Origin: an uncultured Candidatus Poseidoniales archaeon
GTDB taxonomy: Archaea > Thermoplasmatota > Poseidoniia > Poseidoniales > Thalassarchaeaceae
NCBI GenBank assembly: GCA_964586945.1
Contig: CAZPJQ010000002.1
Span: 1-50,359 of the forward strand
DNA: 50,359 nucleotides
Direction: 5' to 3'
Positions 44,894-50,359 of the stretch are shown in pieces. The notes below the pieces were generated by a model. It was not told the origin of the DNA, made no database searches, and saw only the letters and a list, made by a program, of their open reading frames with translations. A program made the translations under genes and the position numbers. Numbering within the stretch: position 1 is the first letter of the stretch; every line of letters starts with the position of its first letter.

Positions 44894-45361
44894 ATGAATT
44901 GGAAACACACTTTGGCTGCTGGTGCGGGAACTGGAGCAATATTAGCAGCGTTGGTGGCGCTGATTATGTTGAAGATAGGACTCGAACCACCCTCCTTCGG
45001 AGCCGCTCTAGCGATATTCATTGGAATGATACTCATCTCCGCATTTGCCGTGAAAAAAATATCGCAAGCCATTGGTTGTTGTAATCCGAGTCTAAAGCAG
45101 CTAATTCCGATTTCATTCCTAACTTTCTTTATACCTGTATTAGGTGCTTCATTCGGGGCCCCAAATAGTGATTTGACCACACTGGCAACTCTTATCCTAC
45201 TAGGTACGATTGGTGGCGTTTTTTGGAGCGCTCCCTTTGCGATTTGGAATTATTTCAAGAGTCGTGGCAACGATTCAGGGGATGTACCAGAACAAGTTGT
45301 TTTAATCCCTAGTGGGGACTTTGCAGTAGACATACCAGATACCGATCAATCCGACGAGTAG
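44894..45361 (+). CDS. 4-TM membrane protein, hypothetical (AT-richer gene)
   Basis: Hydrophobic helices (GAILAALVALIMLKI, ALAIFIGMILISAFAV, IPISFLTFFIPVLGA, LILLGTIGGVFWSAPFAIW) with an acidic C-terminus. No family recognised. Confidence 0.5.
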   Translation: MNWKHTLAAGAGTGAILAALVALIMLKIGLEPPSFGAALAIFIGMILISAFAVKKISQAIGCCNPSLKQLIPISFLTFFIPVLGASFGAPNSDLTTLATLILLGTIGGVFWSAPFAIWNYFKSRGNDSGDVPEQVVLIPSGDFAVDIPDTDQSDE

Positions 45362-45790
45362 TATTGTTCCTGCTCCGAACCCGGGGTCTGCTCCGCTCCA
45401 AGAAGACGGGTTGGTCAGGACTCCATCACCCTTGGTTGAGACATGCCAGACGAAGTAGGACGAAGATGAGGCCATTAGGGCGATCATGCCGATGATTCCC
45501 ATCTTCGCGTGTTTTGGCACGGTCTTATCAGTGGCGTAGTAGTCGAACATCGCAGTTCCGAAGAAGCGATTGGTAAGCGTCCAGCGGAACATCCGCTCGC
45601 TTGAAATCGAGAACAGGAAGGCCGCTGGGACCGCCCACGACACCGTGGGCCAACCAGGAATCACGATTCCAATCAGGGAAAAGACAGTGAACAGGCACCC
45701 CAGGCCAATGTACAACTTGCTTTTGACCGGGTCGTTGGAGACACAATACCTCTCTACGATGGCGTCGAGGCTCTCCAATCTCTCCCCCAT
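45302..45790 (-). CDS. DUF454 / YbaN-like inner-membrane protein
   Basis: IGIVIPGWPTVSWAVPAAFLFSISSERMFRWTL resembles the YbaN motif G..LP.LPTTPF.LLAA.CF.RSS.R...WL. The track start at 45946 would overlap divergent purN, so I used the internal Met at 45790 (MGERLESL). Its 3' end overlaps the convergent upstream gene by 60 nt. Confidence 0.5.
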   Translation of the reverse strand: MGERLESLDAIVERYCVSNDPVKSKLYIGLGCLFTVFSLIGIVIPGWPTVSWAVPAAFLFSISSERMFRWTLTNRFFGTAMFDYYATDKTVPKHAKMGIIGMIALMASSSSYFVWHVSTKGDGVLTNPSSWSGADPGFGAGTILLVGLIGIWYVYCKVPTRD

Positions 45791-45874
45791 TATTCCACTC
45801 TCTGTTCCGTCGGCCTCACCATCTCGATAAAAAGAACCCGTTTCACCACTTAGGAATCGCCCAAGACAAGCCTC

Positions 45875-46612
45875 ATGGAACAACTCCCCCTGCCACTTGT
45901 TGACAGGTGCCCCAACATGACAGGTTCGTACGCCCCCCCTCGCCATTCCTCTACCGATGATCCGTTGCGTCTCGGTGTCCTAATATCCGGTTCAGGAACG
46001 GGCCTTGAAGCACTTCTTCGTCACCAAGAATCGAATGACTGCTCCCATGAGACGGTTGTCGTGATTTCTGACAACCCCGGAGTGAGGGGGCTCGACCGAG
46101 CCGCCAACCATGGGGTGATGGGGGTCTGTGTGCCGCTGCCGGCAAGAGACGAATTTGAGGCAGGTTCGGCCGGTGCGGCTTTGCGGCGGCTTGCACATGA
46201 GAAGGCGGTTTCCGCAGTTCTCGACGAGTATGATGTCGAGTTGGTGGTCTGCAGCGGGTACATGCGGATTCTCACCGAATCCTTCCTCAACCCGAGGTTA
46301 GGGTGTGTGGTCAACATCCATCCGAGTCCGTGGGGGGATGACGGGGCGTTGTATCCCGGAGCCCACGGCATTAGGGACACGCTTGCTTCCGGGTCGGCCA
46401 CTGCTGGGGCCTCGGTTCACTTCGTGAGTCCTGGGGTCGACGATGGGCCGATGATCGCCAGCGAGACCACCGCGATTCTGCCCGACGAAGATGAGGATTC
46501 ACTCGGCGAGAGGATTCGAATGGAGATAGAGCATCACCTCTACCCGGCGGTCATCGATGCACTGGCCGAAGGGCGGGTTGAATCCGATGGCGAGCGATTC
46601 CGAATCAATTGA
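45875..46612 (+). CDS. purN: phosphoribosylglycinamide formyltransferase
   Basis: LGVLISGSGTGLEALL, VVCSGYMRIL, VNIHPS and ASVHFVSPGVDDGPMI. The start may be the ATG at about 45917. Confidence 0.9.
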   Translation: MEQLPLPLVDRCPNMTGSYAPPRHSSTDDPLRLGVLISGSGTGLEALLRHQESNDCSHETVVVISDNPGVRGLDRAANHGVMGVCVPLPARDEFEAGSAGAALRRLAHEKAVSAVLDEYDVELVVCSGYMRILTESFLNPRLGCVVNIHPSPWGDDGALYPGAHGIRDTLASGSATAGASVHFVSPGVDDGPMIASETTAILPDEDEDSLGERIRMEIEHHLYPAVIDALAEGRVESDGERFRIN

Positions 46613-47270
46613 TGGATTCCAGGTCTTCCCTTGTGTTCACATTAGTGAAGCAGCGTTCGGAGATGCCTGCTGCAGCCCACTCATCAGGTCCTACTTCGAC
46701 AGCCCCCATCTTGGCAATGACTTGGTGGGCGGCAACTCCCATGTCGTCGAGGGCTGCGTCGAGGGATTCGGTCTTGGCACAGAACAGCAGCGGTTCCAAA
46801 CCAGTGGCAGAACGGGCGACGGCACAATTCTGCCCGCCCGTCAACTTGCTGTAGAGCAGTGCAGGCAATCTTGGGTCGAGGAACGGCAAATCGCAGGGCA
46901 CCATCTGAATCGAGACCCACCCTTGATTGCGAGCGAGTGACACTGCGCCACTCATCCCCCGCACTGCAGAGTTCTCCTCTCGATTCACCGCTTCATCAAC
47001 GATTATCTGAAAGGGAATTCCGTCAGCACCCACCTTGAGCAACTCCGCAGTTGTCTTTTCACAAGGAAGTTTTCCGAGGATGTCAGATGCCTGCCCCTCG
47101 CTTTTCATCGAGAGAATAGCCTTGTCGATACCAGACTGCCCGAGCGCTTCCATGACTAGTTGTAGCATGGGTTTGCCAGCGACTTCGACGAGAGCCTTCG
47201 CCTCTCCCATTCGACTCGATGGACCTCCGGCGAGGATGATCGCGCCGTCGGGGACGAGCCGCTCCACCAT
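46605..47270 (-). CDS. MobA-like molybdenum cofactor nucleotidyltransferase
   Basis: AIILAGGPSSRMGEAKALVEVAGKPML is the MobA/MocA NTP-transferase signature. It overlaps the convergent purN 3' end by 8 nt. Confidence 0.8.
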   Translation of the reverse strand: MVERLVPDGAIILAGGPSSRMGEAKALVEVAGKPMLQLVMEALGQSGIDKAILSMKSEGQASDILGKLPCEKTTAELLKVGADGIPFQIIVDEAVNREENSAVRGMSGAVSLARNQGWVSIQMVPCDLPFLDPRLPALLYSKLTGGQNCAVARSATGLEPLLFCAKTESLDAALDDMGVAAHQVIAKMGAVEVGPDEWAAAGISERCFTNVNTREDLESIN

Positions 47271-47474
47271 TCACTCAACCTCGGCGATGCGCTCGATTGC
47301 GTGTTCCAATTCGCGCATCAGGGCGCATACCCGCTCAAGAATTGCCTTTCGGTCACGAACAGAACGCGCCGCGGGTAGCCATTCCAGCAACTTGCGGACA
47401 TCAGCAGCGTCTCTCTCAAGCACATATTCGAGCGCTGCGAGGGCGATGGGGTCCTCCGCCTCGAGGAATCGCAT
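47271..47474 (-). CDS. small helical protein, hypothetical
   Basis: 67-aa ORF whose TGA directly abuts the mobA-like ATG (TGAATG). No family recognised. Confidence 0.4.
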   Translation of the reverse strand: MRFLEAEDPIALAALEYVLERDAADVRKLLEWLPAARSVRDRKAILERVCALMRELEHAIERIAEVE

Positions 47475-47531
47475 GGCCGCCCATTGATGGGGTGATTCAT
47501 CTTCATTGCGGAAAAACGCTAGAGAAGCATC

Positions 47532-48125
47532 CTACCGTATGATTGAATCGAACATGCCACCAACCTTGTCGAGAACCGAGGTGAGGTCTTCTTTCACCTT
47601 GTCGAAGAGTTTCGGTTCGACGCTCTCTTCAATCGTCTTCTCCATGATTTCAATCAGCAATTCATGCTCACTCTCATCGATGTCCAACGCTGAGCGCAGC
47701 ATTGCAATTGCAGCTAACTCATCCTGGCTGAGCGAGGAGTTCATGAACGCCGTCTCAAACATCTCTCGGTAGATTTGCAGACGCTCACCGCGACCGATGA
47801 TTCTCCCCCCCTCAACTTCACGCCCATCGACCACAGATTGGTAGATCAGTGCTGGCTGTTCCTGCAACTCATCCGCCTGTTTGAAGAGCAGAGTACCCAA
47901 CTTGATTGCAAGTCGCTGTTCCTCGCGGGTCAACTCCCCGTCATCGAGCATCACTTGGATGACAGCGTGGAAGACTGGGCGGGTGCGTAGAGGCTCGGAG
48001 CCATCAGGCATGACAGAAGCAGCGCCGCTCGCTCTTTTCACCTTGTTTGATGCATCCGGTGGGTTCATAGCGGGGAGGTAGGTCGGCGGAAACACAGGTT
48101 CTCCTGTCCCAATCACCGGGCGCAT
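47532..48125 (-). CDS. hypothetical protein with two TerB-like helical repeats
   Basis: DDGELTREEQRLAIKLGTLL and LSQDELAAIAMLRSALDIDESEHELL resemble the TerB / DjlA-N type 'DG.l...E' repeats. This is weak recognition only. Confidence 0.4.
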   Translation of the reverse strand: MRPVIGTGEPVFPPTYLPAMNPPDASNKVKRASGAASVMPDGSEPLRTRPVFHAVIQVMLDDGELTREEQRLAIKLGTLLFKQADELQEQPALIYQSVVDGREVEGGRIIGRGERLQIYREMFETAFMNSSLSQDELAAIAMLRSALDIDESEHELLIEIMEKTIEESVEPKLFDKVKEDLTSVLDKVGGMFDSIIR

Positions 48126-48194
48126 CGGCGCTCGTCCAAGACAAGACCAGCCTCCGTGGGGAGGGTTCGGGTAGAATCTAAGGAAGGAAAAAGT

Positions 48195-49352
48195 ATGGCA
48201 GATTCAAGCAATGCAAAGTACATGATTAGAGTCAAAGTTCATCTCGATGGACAGGCTCAACGAAAGGACATAATCGGGGCCATTTTCGGCCAGACCGAGG
48301 GGCTCATGCCAGAGGCGCTGGACCTGCGCAAGTTGCAGCGTTCAGGCCGCATCGGGCACATCGATGTCACAACTGACAGCAAGAAGGGCAAAATCAGCGG
48401 TCTCATCGAAATCCCCTCATCTCTGGAGAATGTGGAGAGCGCCATCATCGGTGCGGCTCTAGAGACAATAGAGAGGATTGGACCGGCAAAGGCTACTTTG
48501 AAGGTGGCGGAGATAACCAACATTCGCTCATCAAAGAGAGAGGCAATGGTGGACCGTGCGAAGGACTTGTTGTTGGACATCGTCCAACAGCGTGACACGG
48601 ATGCAAGCGGTCTCATCGACGAGGTTCGCAGCGTGCTCACGACTAGTGAGGTAACGACCTACAAGGATACAGGAATGACCTGTGGCCCCAATGTCGAGGG
48701 CTCAGACGCCCTCATCATCGTAGAGGGACGCAACGACGTTCTGAACCTAGCGAAGTGCGGCATCAAGAACTCAATCGCCGTGATGGGCGCAGGAGTCGAT
48801 AATGCCCTGGTTGATTTGGTGGAGTCGAAATCCATGGTGACCGCCTTTTTGGACGGTGACCGTGGTGGCAAGATGATTGCTCTCGAATTGGCTGGCGTAC
48901 TCGAAGACAAACTGACTCGAATCGCATTCGCACCGGCGGGGCGAGAGGTCGAGCACCTAGAGAAGAAGTTGGTCGGCAAGCATCTCGGACAAGCAGAGGC
49001 CACAGCCCGCACAGTTGCGCGGATCCAAGCCGAGGACGGTGGCAACGGTGCTGCCAAGAAGACAGTGGAAGTCCCCGATGAAGTGAAGGCATGGGCCGAG
49101 CAGATGCCGAAGGCACGCCAGGCGGTCTTCATCCTTGAGGATGGCTCGGTGTCAGATGCGATTGGCGCAAGTAAGCTCGCAGAATTCGCTGCGGAGAACA
49201 AGGGTTTACAGGCGATTGTCATCAACAGCCCCGCAACCGACAGAGTTCTCGAAATCGCTTCGGAAAACGGCATTTCATCTGTCGTTGCCAAGAAGGTCAG
49301 CGGCAAGGCGCCAACAGGCGTTGATGCGTACGCCCTCTCCGACCTCAAGTGA
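48195..49352 (+). CDS. dnaG: archaeal DnaG (Toprim-domain primase-like, exosome-associated)
   Basis: KYMIRVKVHLDGQAQRKDIIGAIFGQTEGLM..LDLRKLQRSGRIGHIDV matches the archaeal DnaG N-terminus. Toprim motifs LIIVEGRNDV and LDGDRGG are present. The ATG at 48195 is preceded by AAGGAAGG; the track start at 48156 is GTG. Confidence 0.9.
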   Translation: MADSSNAKYMIRVKVHLDGQAQRKDIIGAIFGQTEGLMPEALDLRKLQRSGRIGHIDVTTDSKKGKISGLIEIPSSLENVESAIIGAALETIERIGPAKATLKVAEITNIRSSKREAMVDRAKDLLLDIVQQRDTDASGLIDEVRSVLTTSEVTTYKDTGMTCGPNVEGSDALIIVEGRNDVLNLAKCGIKNSIAVMGAGVDNALVDLVESKSMVTAFLDGDRGGKMIALELAGVLEDKLTRIAFAPAGREVEHLEKKLVGKHLGQAEATARTVARIQAEDGGNGAAKKTVEVPDEVKAWAEQMPKARQAVFILEDGSVSDAIGASKLAEFAAENKGLQAIVINSPATDRVLEIASENGISSVVAKKVSGKAPTGVDAYALSDLK

Positions 49353-49485
49353 GGAAGAGTCCCCCCCCGGGGTGACCCGAAGACTTTGCGCATTCGCACA
49401 TTGGACTTGGCGTGAGTGAACCTTTGTGAAGAGTCAAATTCACGCTTCGCGTGACTGATAAGCGAGCGAACCTCTCGTCGGCGCA

Positions 49486-50359
49486 ATGCAGGCGGCACCA
49501 CCCCCAACTTCGGCACCCGAAGTCGGGCCCACGACAGAGCCCAGTGCGAATCCGGCAGATTCGTCGATAGCTGGTGTCAGCGGGCTAGGACGGGGCGTTC
49601 GCGCACTTGACGCCGAGGAGCAGTCCAGGGAGTTTGTTCTGAGGGAGTCAAAGAGGGGGAATCGCACTCTGTCAGTCATCGAAGACGATGATTTGGTGCG
49701 GATTTCCCTTGCAAGGAGGGAGGCCCACGGAGTCGTGGTCGAAGAGCAGTTCATGGCTAGAAAAGAAGCACTTCTCGGCTTTTCTCACTACCGATACGAC
49801 TGGCTCGATGGAGGGAAGTATGGTTGGTGGGCTACGACAGGAATTGGAATTATTCTCCTCCTCTTCGCCCCCGGAATCGGCTCCCTCATATTCCTCGCGG
49901 GGGTCCTACTCTCACTGGCTCAATTCACCGACCCGGAACTTCTTCTGTTTGAGACCAATGCCGGACAACATCGAGTACTTCTCTACAGAATTGGTTCAAA
50001 CCGCGCGTTAACAGATGCTAGTATGGATTTGATCGATGGCGCGATGGAGGGTTTGCTCTCAGGAAAACCACTCGATTGTGAGGCGCTGAATGAGCGGGCC
50101 GATGAGATAGCGGCACTCGTTGCAACAACCACACCACCACTGGTAGTGGAGACAGTCGCAGTAGCCGCACCAGTAGCAGCACCACTTCCCACACCGGTGG
50201 CAACCACTGCCCCATCCACGCCACCACCCTCTTCGCCGCCAATTCCGGCCGAACAGGTGCCCCCACCAACGCCAACACCAGCGGCCGAGCCAGAGCCCGA
50301 ACCGGAACCTGAGGTGGCACCAGAGCCAGAACAGGAACTCGAACCCGAACCCGAACCCG
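49486..50359 (+). CDS. membrane protein with Pro-rich / (Glu-Pro)n C-terminal region, partial (runs off the right edge)
   Basis: My own translation from the ATG at 49486 gives MQAAPPPTSAPEVGPTTEP...GWWATTGIGIILLLFAPGIGSLIFLAGVLLSLA...PPPSSPPIPAEQVPPPTPTPAAEPEPEPEPEV. It is open to the last base and absent from the track because no stop lies in the window. Confidence 0.55.
   Translation, partial: MQAAPPPTSAPEVGPTTEPSANPADSSIAGVSGLGRGVRALDAEEQSREFVLRESKRGNRTLSVIEDDDLVRISLARREAHGVVVEEQFMARKEALLGFSHYRYDWLDGGKYGWWATTGIGIILLLFAPGIGSLIFLAGVLLSLAQFTDPELLLFETNAGQHRVLLYRIGSNRALTDASMDLIDGAMEGLLSGKPLDCEALNERADEIAALVATTTPPLVVETVAVAAPVAAPLPTPVATTAPSTPPPSSPPIPAEQVPPPTPTPAAEPEPEPEPEVAPEPEQELEPEPEP
50287..50359 (+). 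repeat. imperfect hexanucleotide (GAR-CCN)n tract encoding (Glu-Pro)n
   Basis: gagccagagcccgaaccggaacct...gaacccgaacccgaacccg lies in frame with the partial CDS and continues past the window end. Confidence 0.7.

Noticed and set aside
49400-49460. Possible C/D-box sRNA in the gap after dnaG (GUGAGUGA ... UGAAGA ... CUGA over about 56 nt)
   Set aside because: The putative C box does not fit RUGAUGA, and no D' box lies at the right spacing. The resemblance is probably chance. The C8G4 run at 49361-49372 is also unlikely to be a terminator, since no T-tract follows.
48659-49516. 285-aa ORF on the - strand covering most of dnaG
   Set aside because: It is a typical long antisense ORF in GC-rich DNA (Ala/Ser/Arg/Pro-rich, no motifs). 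The + strand encodes a textbook archaeal DnaG.
1-50359. CRISPR arrays, rRNA genes, IS elements, prophage or defence-system hallmarks
   Set aside because: I found no regularly spaced repeats, no cas-like, restriction, toxin-antitoxin or phage structural motifs in any ORF, and no rRNA-like sequence. The only nucleotide repeats seen are the 15-bp pair at 19242/19395 and the in-frame (GARCCN)n tract at the right edge.

Overview
GC-rich archaeal chromosomal segment of about 50 CDS plus one tRNA-Leu(GAG). I found no rRNA, CRISPR array, transposase or integrase. Archaeal markers: r-protein LX, prefoldin alpha, FtsY, a thermosome-like chaperonin, archaeal DnaG, an aCPSF-type beta-CASP RNase and GGGP synthase. 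They sit beside bacterial-type genes (UvrA, MMPL/RND exporter, DUF1844, TauE). Secreted or anchored peptidases (S8, M28, M50) are also present. By inference only, this fits a planktonic Thermoplasmatota-like (Marine Group II-like) euryarchaeon; this needs a database search. Housekeeping content: purine synthesis (purL with separate purQ, purH, purN), a URA3-type pyrF, molybdenum cofactor genes (moeA, a mobA-like gene) and two glycan/NDP-sugar clusters. The best candidate for an undescribed system is at 13046-17483. A membrane-anchored subtilase is translationally coupled (ATGA overlap) to a MamK-like actin-family ATPase, followed by a 390-aa all-coiled-coil protein; this looks like a possible cytoskeletal module. 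Secondary items: a ferredoxin / half-size flavoprotein / GGGP synthase operon with a duplicated palindromic operator-like site; an AT-richer glycosylation islet splitting the conserved LX-pfdA-ftsY array; a galactokinase-like::nucleotidyltransferase fusion; DUF1844 coupled to ftsY; a tail-anchored orphan receiver domain; and a PilT/KH ATPase without a recognisable PIN domain next to a divergent thermosome paralogue. All family calls rest on motif recognition by eye, not on searches. Many start codons are uncertain, because the ORF track uses TTG/GTG starts. Where I moved a start, the evidence field gives the reason.
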